This document shows positions 39,833 through 49,063 of a DNA stretch of 64,000 nt, in pieces. The stretch spans positions 1,344,001 through 1,408,000 of the forward strand of contig CAVOXA010000001.1 in assembly GCA_963700285.1 (NCBI GenBank), in the 5' to 3' direction. The notes beneath the pieces were generated by a model that was not told the DNA's origin, did not search any database, and was given only the letters and a program-made list of their open reading frames with translations. The stretch's first letter is position 1. Each line of letters opens with the position of its first letter. The DNA is from an uncultured Chloroflexia bacterium. Lineage in GTDB: Bacteria; Chloroflexota; Anaerolineae; JAAYZQ01. The position numbers were made by a program, and so were the translations under genes.

Positions 39833-40691
39833 ATGGCAATCAGCGAAAAGGACCAGCACGTGCTGCGCGCCATTGACAGCAGGCCCGGGACCAGCACGAA
39901 GAACTGGCAGATCTGTTGGACTTTTACCAGGATCTGTATGAAGTGCAGTTTCAGGCCAAGGCCGAGCTGCCGAACCCAGAGATGCGTGACGATCTGGCGA
40001 TGCGCTGGCGACTGGAGGGCGGTATCCCCCAGCTGACCTTTGACCAGTTGGGCCTCGAGCCAGAGACCTTTGCCGAGCTGGTGGCACGAATCGCCGACGT
40101 GCTGCTGCCGCCACAACCCTGGCTGGGATCTTGAGCATGCAGACTGGGCGCCAGAGGAGCTGGTCGCCCAGGCCCGGAAGGTGTTTGAGACCTGGGATAC
40201 TTGACCGCGCCCAGGACCTGGATCTACCGGCGGAAGACCGATGGCGAGTCTCAGCCCGACCACGCCAGCGGCACTGGCCGTGGGCTTTGCCCTGGCTCCC
40301 TATCTGCAACGGGCAGCGGAGGACATTCTCCCCCGGCTGGATCTCACCCTGTGGCGCGAGGGTCATTGTCCCATCTGTGGCGGGCGACCGAACTTTGCTC
40401 TTCTGGAGGAAGAACGGGGGCTCGCCAGCTGATGTGCTCCCGATGCGACCGCGCTGTGGACCTATCGCGCGCGTCGGCTGTCCCTTCTGTACAATCGAAG
40501 GAGAAGCAGATCGTACTACCCCAGCGACGATGGCGTGTACCGACTGTACGTCTGTCCAGCCTGCAAGCGGCTACCTAAAGACCGATGGATCTACGCAGAG
40601 CTGCGCCGTCGAGGTCTATCCCGTCGTTGAGCGCCTTCTGACGGTGGGCATGGATCTGGCAGCGCAAGCAAGGAGGGCTATGGTGAGCTGA
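39833..40691 (+). CDS. fdhE: Formate dehydrogenase accessory protein FdhE, frameshifted
   Basis: Fragments WREGHCPICGGRP, LMCSRC, GCPFC, YVCPACK, YLKT..YPVVERLLTVGMDLAA. Confidence 0.75.
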
Positions 40692-40740
40692 GTAAGGTCT
40701 GGCTTAGCAGCTCAGGTGCGACATACCTGGAGCAAGTGGA

Positions 40741-40769
40741 TTGACAGTACCCGGCTTCTGTGTTATAAT
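40741..40769 (+). promoter_or_regulatory. Sigma70-type promoter
   Basis: TTGACA-17 nt-TATAAT with an extended -10 TG. Confidence 0.7.
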
Positions 40770-40815
40770 CCCATGCGTGTGAAAACGCGAACAATTGACA
40801 AGGAGGCAGAGAGTA

Positions 40816-41187
40816 ATGGCCAAGGTCCTCGTGGTCGATGATGACCCTGATTTCGTGAAGGTGACTTCCAAGGTACTAGAAAAGGCAGGGCACGAAGTGG
40901 TGTCTGCAGCAAATGGGGCCAAGGCGTTGAAGGCCATGCGCCAGGATACTCCTGATGTTGTTTTGCTGGACATCATGATGTCCTATATTCTCGACGGATT
41001 GGACGTTAGCCGTGAGATGGCTGAAGATCCGGCTCTGAAGGATATTCCTGTCATCATGGTTACATCCCTTACAGGCGTGAAAGGGAGCGACATGTTCCCT
41101 ACGGACGAGTATGTCCCCGTTGACGAGTGGCTGTCCAAGCCCGTTGATCCCGATACTTTGCTAGCGCGCGTGGATGAGGCTGCTTGA
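40816..41187 (+). CDS. Stand-alone response regulator receiver (CheY-like)
   Basis: Motifs VLVVDDD, DVVLLDIMM, VIMVTS, WLSKPVDP. AGGAGG RBS. Confidence 0.9.
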   Translation: MAKVLVVDDDPDFVKVTSKVLEKAGHEVVSAANGAKALKAMRQDTPDVVLLDIMMSYILDGLDVSREMAEDPALKDIPVIMVTSLTGVKGSDMFPTDEYVPVDEWLSKPVDPDTLLARVDEAA

Positions 41188-41234
41188 GCTAGCGGCTGAA
41201 AGCGCTGGCCGGTTCTGAAAAGGGGGAGGCAGAG

Positions 41235-41710
41235 ATGGAAAGAATCCAGATCGGCGGGATTATGCAGAATGCACATCTCTCGCTGCTCAACGTGACCGCC
41301 GTGCCTGATCGACCGGGTATTGCTGCGGCAATTCTCAGCGGCTTGGGAGATCGCGACATCAATGTGCAGTTTATTGTGCAATGTATCGATCAGAACCAGC
41401 AAGACCAGGTGGCGTTTTGCGTCGATCGGGATGATCATGCTGTGGCGCTTGAGTTGGTGACTGCCATCGCGCCCGAGCTGGAGGCCGGCAAAGTGGTCTC
41501 TCTAGCCGGAGGCGGCTATTGTCTCCATCTTTGGTCCCGATTTCCGCGAGCGGCCGGGCATCGCGGGCACGATGTTCAGAGCTTTGGCGGACCGAGGGGT
41601 GAATATCCTGGCCATCAGTACTTCCATCTCGACTGTCTCAAGCGTCATCATGTCTGACGACCTTGAGGCTGCGTTGCTCGCGCTGCGAGATACTTTCGAA
41701 TTGCCCTAGT
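41235..41710 (+). CDS. Tandem ACT-domain protein resembling the aspartokinase beta/regulatory subunit; one frameshift near 41505
   Basis: VPDRPGIAAAILSGLGDRDINVQFIVQ, then in the shifted frame IVSIFGPDFRERPGIAGTMFRALADRGVNILAISTSISTVS. Confidence 0.75.
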
Positions 41711-41737
41711 CACCGGCAAGCAAGGAAGCGCATGACG

Positions 41738-41769
41738 AGCGCGGCACCCGAGTGTGTCGCGCTTTTTTT
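41738..41769 (+). terminator. Intrinsic terminator
   Basis: Hairpin AGCGCGGCAC-ccgagt-GTGTCGCGCT followed by a T-run. Confidence 0.65.
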
Positions 41770-41777
41770 CTTTGGCC

Positions 41778-43070
41778 CTAATTCCCAGTGGAGGATGACG
41801 TACCCTTTCCCTGGATGAATGCCTTCGACTGGGCTGCCGATGGGGTATAGGTGTCGGCAGAGTAGTCCGGGTGGGGAATACTTGGCGAGGCATGAGCCTC
41901 AGAGCGTTCTTGCGCAGGTGGCTCGAGGGGGAGTGTGAACGTGAAGCGGCTGCCTTGACCCAGCTCCGATGTGACTTCGATCTGTCCTTGGTAAGCCTCA
42001 ACGATCTGCTTGACGATGGACAGTCCTAGCCCTGTGCCGATCTCGCCGCTGGCTTTGGCCTCGTCAGTACGAAAAAAGTCGCGGAACAGGTTGGGCAGAT
42101 CGCTCTTGCCGATGCCGATTCCCGAGTCCTCAACGGTTCCGATGGCACTGTTCTCGTCCGCCCGCAATTGGACCTTGATGCGCCCTCCCTCTGGCGTGTA
42201 CTTGATTGCGTTGCTAATTAGGTTCATCCAGATCCCCCTGAGATGATCCCGGTCTGCAACGACAAGGGGGCGATCTTGGATTCGGACCTCCAGATCCTGT
42301 CGTTTCTCGCGAGCTTGGTCACCCAGCAGCGCACAGACCTCCTGGAGGATATCAGCCATGTCCTGAGGGCTTGCCTTGGCTGCACGCTGCTCCCCCAGTT
42401 GCTTGATCTGTGATAGTTCCAGGAGATCGGCAATCAGATCCAGTGTCTCCTGGAGCCGCTCCTGTACCCGGGTCAACGTGGGTTTCAGTTCCTCTTGTGT
42501 TACGTAGCCAGCCAGGATCAGGTTAATGTAGCTCTGGACTGCCGCGATGGGTGCTCGTACCTCATGGGCCACTTTCAGCATCAGCTGGCTCTTGACTTCG
42601 TCCAGCCTTTCCAACTGCTCTTTCGCCCGCGCTAGCCTCCCTGACTTCACTTCGACGGCTTTCAGCCGTCGTCGTTCCAGGCTCTGTTGCACAGAAATAA
42701 TCAGTTCGTCCGAAGTGAATGGCTTGGACAGGAAATCATAGGCCCCCTGCCTTACAGCTTGGATTGCCATCTCGACGCTTCCAAAGCCGGTAATGATGAT
42801 GCACACCGCGTCGGGATCGTTTTCGAGGATGTGGATCATCAAGTCCATGCCTCTGCCATCCGGCAGCATAAGATCAATGATATACACATCATATTTCGTC
42901 GCATGGAGCATCTCGCGACCGGTGGCTGCGTCGGCTGCAGTCTCCACGCTATAGCCCGATGGCTCCAATGCTCTACGACAGCCCTCTCGCATTCCGGCTT
43001 CGTCATCGATGATCAGGACTTTGGCCTGGTTGTCTGGCCCGTATTCGTGTTCGGTTTCCATCCAGATCAC
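41778..43070 (-). CDS. Hybrid receiver-histidine kinase
   Basis: REC domain (VLIIDDE, IIDLMLPD, FLSKPF), H-box VAHEVRAPI, NLISNAIKYT, DSGIGI, GTGLGLSIV. Confidence 0.9.
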   Translation of the reverse strand: MIWMETEHEYGPDNQAKVLIIDDEAGMREGCRRALEPSGYSVETAADAATGREMLHATKYDVYIIDLMLPDGRGMDLMIHILENDPDAVCIIITGFGSVEMAIQAVRQGAYDFLSKPFTSDELIISVQQSLERRRLKAVEVKSGRLARAKEQLERLDEVKSQLMLKVAHEVRAPIAAVQSYINLILAGYVTQEELKPTLTRVQERLQETLDLIADLLELSQIKQLGEQRAAKASPQDMADILQEVCALLGDQAREKRQDLEVRIQDRPLVVADRDHLRGIWMNLISNAIKYTPEGGRIKVQLRADENSAIGTVEDSGIGIGKSDLPNLFRDFFRTDEAKASGEIGTGLGLSIVKQIVEAYQGQIEVTSELGQGSRFTFTLPLEPPAQERSEAHASPSIPHPDYSADTYTPSAAQSKAFIQGKGTSSSTGN

Positions 43071-43131
43071 TCCTTCTCAGGAACCCCAGCGCTTCGGCAT
43101 TGTACTTCCAATGGACGGTGTGTTGACTCGG

Positions 43132-45123
43132 TTACAGCATGGAGGCGCCCTCTGGCCTGGCGATGTGCGCTGGCAGGTGTCTCGGCAAGTCGATGGAAAA
43201 CAGTGTGCCTTTGCCTACTTTACTCTGTACCGCAACCTGTCCGCGGTGCATTTTGACAATGCCGTAGGTGATGGCCAGACCCAGCCCAGTACCCTTGCCA
43301 ATGGGTTTTGTGGTGAAAAAGGGCGTGAACATCCTCTTCATGTTCTCCTCAGAGATGCCGCTGCCTGTGTCCTGGACTTGCACAGTGATAAAGTCCGGCG
43401 TAGGCCCAACCAGGGTGCGGAGCGTCAATCTGCCACCATCAGGCATGGCCTCCGCGGCGTTATTCATGAGGTTCACAAAGACCTGGTGTAGCTGCAGAGG
43501 ATCGGCCTGTATGCTGTGCAGGTCTTGGGCGAGTTCCGTCACGATTTCGACGTCCTGGAATAGACCCTGTTTGCCCAGTTGTCCGACCAACTCCTGTATC
43601 ATGGCATTGACGTCCGTCTCTTGGGCCAAGATCTCATTCTGTCGTGAGAAGTTCAGTAGGTCATTGACGATAATCTTGCAGCGGGTAGCCTCTCGGATGA
43701 TCATCTGCAGGTCTTCCCGTTGCTGCTGGTCTTCCTCTGGCGTCTCTTTGCATAGAATGTCAGCGTAGAGGAGGACCGAGCCCAACGGATTGTTGATTTC
43801 GTGGGCTACGCCGGCTGCCAACTGGCCCACCGAGGCCAGTTTCTCTTTCTGAATCAGTTGCTGCTGTGCTTCTTCCAAGCTGGCGACCATGGTGTTGAAG
43901 GACTGGGCCAGCGTACGCATCTCGACATAGCCTTCAGGTCGAACGCGTACGGACCAGTCTCCCTCTGCAACTCGTTGCGTTGCGTGTGCCAGACCTCCAA
44001 GAGGACGCGAGATGGACCAGGCCAGCGGGATGGCGATGAGGATGGCCACCAGAATGCTGGCGATAGCTATGAAAAAGACCTGCCCAGCAAAAGAGTCCAG
44101 CAGGCGCTGGAATGCCGCTCGCTGCGCGCCCACATACAGCATTCCAACGATTTGTCCCAGGTGGTTGTAAAGCGGTTCGTAGCGGGTGATATACCATTGA
44201 TTGACGACGAAAGCGTCTCCGGTAAAGTCCTCACCCTGCACGAGTACGCGATCAAAGACCTCTTGCGACACCCGCGTGCCCATGGCCCGGCCCTGCTTTT
44301 CGTCCAGGACGTTGGTGGAGACGCGCAGATCACCGAAAAAGATGGTTGCTGTGTCAACACCTGCCACGTCCTTGATGCGGTCAACCAGGGTAAAGTCGTT
44401 GTTGAACAGGTGGCCCGTTAGCACTGAGCCCTGTATCTCGCCCATCTCGGAGATGATGGGCGCTGCGCCAAGCAGGGCCAGTCCAGCCGTTCCCTCGCGG
44501 GGATCAAAGGGCTTAGGGGCTGCCTTGGGGGTGTCAATAAGGGTGATGCGGGACTGGCCGTCCAATCCAAGCCAGGTCAGTTGCTCGGCCGGCACAACTT
44601 CGGTAGCAGCTTGCCGTTCCTTTTGGCTGAGGACGCTCTGGACGATGGGCAGGGAAGACCAATTTGTTCCCATGGCGACCGGCTCTGTCCGGCCGTCCGA
44701 CGTCACTTGCCCTGCTACGGCCGTACCCTCAGAGTCTGTGAGCACGACGAACCGCTGCGTCCCGGCCGGCATATTGGCGATCTCGTTGTCAATGCCTGCT
44801 TCAATGGCCTGACCAGCACCAGAATCGCCCTGAACCATATTCACAAAGTTCTGGCGCACGCTGCAGGTCGAAGCAATGCGGCCGGCCATGGCAGAGATGT
44901 CATTGAGCTTGCTGCTGTAGAAAGCGCCGGCCAGTTCCATATCCCGGCCGACGCGAGCATCCTGGGCCTCTGTCAGATAGTTGTTGATGAGGCCGTAGGT
45001 AAGCAGCGCACCGACGACGACGGTGATGGCTGTCGTAAGAGCAAACCCGAGAATGAGGATGTACTGAAGCCGCCAACCAAAGGGCCGCGCTATCAGTCGT
45101 TGCATCGCCCTGCTACCTCCCAT
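43132..45123 (-). CDS. Membrane sensor histidine kinase with Cache and HAMP domains (NtrB-like)
   Basis: Two TM segments, Cache motif TATIFFGDLRVSTNV..YITRYEPL, HAMP, EKLASVGQLAAGVAHEINNPL, PFFTTKPIGKGTGLGL. Confidence 0.92.
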   Translation of the reverse strand: MGGSRAMQRLIARPFGWRLQYILILGFALTTAITVVVGALLTYGLINNYLTEAQDARVGRDMELAGAFYSSKLNDISAMAGRIASTCSVRQNFVNMVQGDSGAGQAIEAGIDNEIANMPAGTQRFVVLTDSEGTAVAGQVTSDGRTEPVAMGTNWSSLPIVQSVLSQKERQAATEVVPAEQLTWLGLDGQSRITLIDTPKAAPKPFDPREGTAGLALLGAAPIISEMGEIQGSVLTGHLFNNDFTLVDRIKDVAGVDTATIFFGDLRVSTNVLDEKQGRAMGTRVSQEVFDRVLVQGEDFTGDAFVVNQWYITRYEPLYNHLGQIVGMLYVGAQRAAFQRLLDSFAGQVFFIAIASILVAILIAIPLAWSISRPLGGLAHATQRVAEGDWSVRVRPEGYVEMRTLAQSFNTMVASLEEAQQQLIQKEKLASVGQLAAGVAHEINNPLGSVLLYADILCKETPEEDQQQREDLQMIIREATRCKIIVNDLLNFSRQNEILAQETDVNAMIQELVGQLGKQGLFQDVEIVTELAQDLHSIQADPLQLHQVFVNLMNNAAEAMPDGGRLTLRTLVGPTPDFITVQVQDTGSGISEENMKRMFTPFFTTKPIGKGTGLGLAITYGIVKMHRGQVAVQSKVGKGTLFSIDLPRHLPAHIARPEGASML

Positions 45124-45287
45124 GACCTGAAGGTGGGATTCTAGTCAAGATCGAGGAGATTATACCATAGGTGAGCGGCTGGGGCGAAAAGGCAGCGGAT
45201 GTCAGCCTGCCGGTCTGACAGACCTGGGCAGTTGTGAGACTGGACCGACTGCAAAGAGACGTGGCGAACGGCCAGCGGCTCTCTGTC

Positions 45288-46649
45288 TTACTCTGTTCTG
45301 TTCACAGGACCTTGCAGGATTCGGCCGGCGTACGTGGGCATGAACCGTGCCAGTCGCAAAAAGTTCTTGGGAGTGAGTAGGTATGAAAAGAAGCCAAAGA
45401 ACCCGGGGTGGAACATCAGAACAAGCGCGCCGCCATGCTCCAGGGCTTGTTCCAGGTCCTGGAGTGCCTGCTCGTAAAAGACCTCGGCAAAGTTCTTGTA
45501 GGGGATGCCAATGTCTCGAAACTGATAGCAGATGCAATAGGTATCTGAGAGATTGCCCTCGTTCGTCAGCCAGCGGTACGGCAAGTAATAGGCGAATGCG
45601 CGCTGAGATATTGTCCACAGGAACCCGGCGCCTTCGACCGCTCCCCAGTAGTTCGGTGTATAGTTCTCTACCAGTTCACCGCCGTGGTTAGACACGCCTG
45701 CCACAGGCACACCAGCGACTGCTTCGAGGTGTGCCTTGTCGGCCCTCGCGGCGGCCTCTTCGCTGCCATGCTTCTCAGCGTGGGCAAAGAACTCTGCGTG
45801 CAAGGCGATCTCAACCGGGTCGGACAAAGATGTGAGTTTATTGATCTCTTTGTCGTTGTAGAAAGGCTGAAACACGCGGATGTAGACTGTACTTCTGGCA
45901 CCATGCTCGTGCTCCAGTTTTACGATCCTGGGAACGTTCGTAAGGGCCCGCTCTACGTCGTGGCGTGGCGAGAAAACGCCTTTCATCACCTTGCCGTCAA
46001 TGCGAGGGTTGTACCAGATGCGGATAAGGGGCAGGCCCTGTTTAGCCAATCTGGCAACAACCAAGTCTCTGACGGCCACGATAGTCTCGTCGTACTCGGC
46101 TAGCTCTTGTCGGCGCAGGTGTCCCTCCATCATCTCCAGGATATCGTCTAGTTCATGGGAAAGGAAGAACTCTCCATCCTTGCCAATGGATGTATTCATG
46201 ATGCCTTCTCTTCGCAGGGCCTCAATCAGCAGGTCCCGTCGCGCCAGTGAGGCATCGACAACCCATTGCACATCTCCAGAAAGGGAGCAGTCCGGGCAGC
46301 CAACTGTGTGGGAAGTCAGAAACTCTCCTGGGAACTTTTCAAAGACCGCACCTTCTAGATCGGACCTCACGCTGCATCTCGCCTCGGATACACGAATGCT
46401 CAATGAGGCTCTATGGCGCCTGTCCCACCAACCAGCGTACTCTCCCTGAGATGCCATCCAGACATCTCCACGGGCTTGAACGCTTCGGAGGACGCGTTCG
46501 TAGGGGCGGTAGCTTCGGATCTTTGTGTACCTTTCGATTGCCCGTTTCATCAGGGTGATCTTCATCTTTTCATCCTCTGGGGGGCTTTGACTCTGATTCT
46601 GGAAGCTCTGAACGGCCTGGCTGCCCTGTTCGTCCGGTGACTGCGTCAC
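45288..46649 (-). CDS. CE4/NodB-like polysaccharide deacetylase homolog with permuted domain order
   Basis: Motifs FSPRHDVE, STVYIR, EIALHAE, GVSNHGG, LVLMFHP, and N-terminal VWMASQGEYAGWWDRR. Confidence 0.6.
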   Translation of the reverse strand: MTQSPDEQGSQAVQSFQNQSQSPPEDEKMKITLMKRAIERYTKIRSYRPYERVLRSVQARGDVWMASQGEYAGWWDRRHRASLSIRVSEARCSVRSDLEGAVFEKFPGEFLTSHTVGCPDCSLSGDVQWVVDASLARRDLLIEALRREGIMNTSIGKDGEFFLSHELDDILEMMEGHLRRQELAEYDETIVAVRDLVVARLAKQGLPLIRIWYNPRIDGKVMKGVFSPRHDVERALTNVPRIVKLEHEHGARSTVYIRVFQPFYNDKEINKLTSLSDPVEIALHAEFFAHAEKHGSEEAAARADKAHLEAVAGVPVAGVSNHGGELVENYTPNYWGAVEGAGFLWTISQRAFAYYLPYRWLTNEGNLSDTYCICYQFRDIGIPYKNFAEVFYEQALQDLEQALEHGGALVLMFHPGFFGFFSYLLTPKNFLRLARFMPTYAGRILQGPVNRTE

Positions 46650-46701
46650 GTACCTCCTCGCCGCACTTTTTTGGACTGCTTGGTGCTGGACCTGAGCAGC
46701 T

Positions 46702-49035
46702 CTAGCTGGCGATGGGCCTCAGATTGCGCACAAAATCCTCGTAGGTGTTGCCAGCAAGTGGAACTCCGCAATGGGCGACGACCTTGGCGGGGTTTCCCTG
46801 CACCATTGTCAGGGGGGGAATGGACTGGCTTACCACACTTCCTGCGGTGACCACAGCACCCTGGCCAATGGTCAGGTTCGGTAGGATAATGGCTCCTGCA
46901 CCGATATAGGCATCGTCCTCAATCCGAACTGAGGGCTTGTTACCGGACTTGGCCCTGTCGGTGCTTTCTCTGAAATGGGCGACGATCACGGAGCGCATGC
47001 TGATCGATACGTTGTTGCCGATGGAGACAAGCTGGGGATAGGCGGTCTCGATGATCACCGAGGTTCCGATAGCAACGTTGTTGCCGATTTTGACGCCGCG
47101 CATTCGGTGCAGCCGAACCCGCGTTGTCTTGAAGCCTGGCGCATACAGAGCAATCACCTGGAGGACGCGGTTTCTGAGCCCCTTCCAAAAACTGTCTCTC
47201 ATGGGCTTGGACTCGGCTGGTTCGCTCCCTTCCTCCGTGGCCGCCGGGACCGGGCTGTCCTCTCCCCGCAGGATTCTGGCAACCTGCTCAATGGTCGGAG
47301 TTTGAAAGAATGACGCTAGGGAGCTGACCGATCCGCAGGTTCCCTCCGTCTGGGCAAACAGGCGCATGGCCAGAAGGGAGTTGCCTCCCAAGTCGAAGAA
47401 ACTGTCCCTGACACCGACGGACTGGACGTCCAGAACCTCTTCCCAAATCGCGGTCAGCTGGCGCTCCAGGTCATCGCGGGGCCCTAAGAAGGGCACATCC
47501 AGCTCTGGCCTGGATCTGCCAGTTCTCGATAGCTTACGCTGGCCTTTCGGCTCGGCTGAATCTGGACTGGTGCTTTCGGCTGCCGGACGGGGTTCCAGTT
47601 CGGGCACGGATAACAGAGACGATAGTGCAAGCTCTGGTGCGGCCACGGCTTGCTCCAGGATCCTAAAGAACTGGTCGAGCATTCGTTTGGCAGTGGATGC
47701 GTTATACAGGTCGGTTTTGTACTCCAGTATCCCTGTGAGGTCGTTGCCGCGCTGCTCAACAAAGAGAGACAACTCAAAATCGGTTGCTCCCTTGTCAAAG
47801 TCGAAGGGGTTCGTGGCCATGCCTTGCAGAGGAGGAACCTGGCTGGGAAAATTCTGGAGAGCAAACAGCGCCCTCGACAGAGGCGTGTGCGCGAGACCGG
47901 GTAACTCTGCCAGAGTCTGAAAGGGTAGGCGCTGGTGATCATAGGCCCCCATGACGACGCGACGCACTCGGTTCAGGAGTTCGCGAAAACTGGGGTCGCC
48001 GGAAAGGTCTGTACGCATGACAATGATGTTGTTAAAGTAGCCGATCAATGTTTCAAGCTCAGCCTGCTCTCGATTGGCGACAGGCGTGCACACCATGATG
48101 TCTTTCTGGCCCGAATGGTGAGCCAACAATGCCTGATAGGCAGCCAATAGGGTCATGTACAGCGTGACTCCCTCCTGCTGGCTCAGTGCCCTGAGGGAAT
48201 CTGCCAGGCCCTTCGGAAGTTTCAGCGATTCTCTGGCGCCTCGGAAGGTCAAGACTGCCTGCCGGGGATGATCGGTTGGCAATTCCAGCGCAGGCGGATT
48301 GTCGCCCAACTGCTGCTCCCAGTATGCGAGTTCTGACGCCAAAACCTCGCCCTGAAGTTGCTCTCGCTGCCAGTACGCAAAGTCGGCGTACTGGATAGGC
48401 AGTTCCGGGAGGGGCGAGGGTTCTCCCGCTGAGAAAGCTGTGTACAGCGCTGCCAGCTCCCGCAAGAGCACTTGAGCTGACCAGCCGTCAAACACGATGT
48501 GATGGATCACAAGGAGCAGTACGTGCTCCTCTGGATCCAGGCGCAGCAGCGTGGTCCGTAACAAAGGGCCACTGGCCAAGTTAAAGGGGCGCTGTGCGCC
48601 CTCGACTGCAAGGCGTGTGGCACGGTCCTGCCTCTCTACCTTTGGCCATTGATTCAAGTCAACAACAGGTATGGTCAAGGGTTGATGGGGTGTGATGATT
48701 CGATATGGCCTGCCCTCTTTGGTGGGGAAAGTAGCCCTCAGCGTCTCGTGCCTCCGGACGATTTCGCTGAGTGCCTGTTCCAGAACTGCGACGTCCAGGG
48801 GACCAGTGAGGTGCAGCGCAACGGGTCGGTTGTAGGCCGGGCTGCCAGGCTCCCATCGATCACGGAACCAAAGCCGCTCTTGAGCAAACGATAGGGGCGC
48901 ATCCTTCAGATCTGGGCGATGTGGGATCGTTGGCGACGCTGGCATCAATGCGCCCCGAAGGCGCTGCTCAAGCAGTGTTCTCTTGGCAGTGGACAGCCGG
49001 ACGCGCCGTTCAGAGCTAGTTCCGTCTTGTATCAT
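46702..49035 (-). CDS. NRPS-like protein: condensation domain, carrier (T) domain and hexapeptide-repeat (LbH) acyltransferase
   Basis: C domain LSFAQERLW, RHETLRATF, HHIVFDGWS, IQYADFAYWQ. T domain FFDLGGNSL. LbH GVKIGNNVAIG..VRIEDDAYIGAGAIILPNLTIGQGAVVTAGSVV..GNPAK. Confidence 0.88.
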   Translation of the reverse strand: MIQDGTSSERRVRLSTAKRTLLEQRLRGALMPASPTIPHRPDLKDAPLSFAQERLWFRDRWEPGSPAYNRPVALHLTGPLDVAVLEQALSEIVRRHETLRATFPTKEGRPYRIITPHQPLTIPVVDLNQWPKVERQDRATRLAVEGAQRPFNLASGPLLRTTLLRLDPEEHVLLLVIHHIVFDGWSAQVLLRELAALYTAFSAGEPSPLPELPIQYADFAYWQREQLQGEVLASELAYWEQQLGDNPPALELPTDHPRQAVLTFRGARESLKLPKGLADSLRALSQQEGVTLYMTLLAAYQALLAHHSGQKDIMVCTPVANREQAELETLIGYFNNIIVMRTDLSGDPSFRELLNRVRRVVMGAYDHQRLPFQTLAELPGLAHTPLSRALFALQNFPSQVPPLQGMATNPFDFDKGATDFELSLFVEQRGNDLTGILEYKTDLYNASTAKRMLDQFFRILEQAVAAPELALSSLLSVPELEPRPAAESTSPDSAEPKGQRKLSRTGRSRPELDVPFLGPRDDLERQLTAIWEEVLDVQSVGVRDSFFDLGGNSLLAMRLFAQTEGTCGSVSSLASFFQTPTIEQVARILRGEDSPVPAATEEGSEPAESKPMRDSFWKGLRNRVLQVIALYAPGFKTTRVRLHRMRGVKIGNNVAIGTSVIIETAYPQLVSIGNNVSISMRSVIVAHFRESTDRAKSGNKPSVRIEDDAYIGAGAIILPNLTIGQGAVVTAGSVVSQSIPPLTMVQGNPAKVVAHCGVPLAGNTYEDFVRNLRPIAS

Positions 49036-49063
49036 TCCCACAAACCATCCAGACAGGGGCGGT

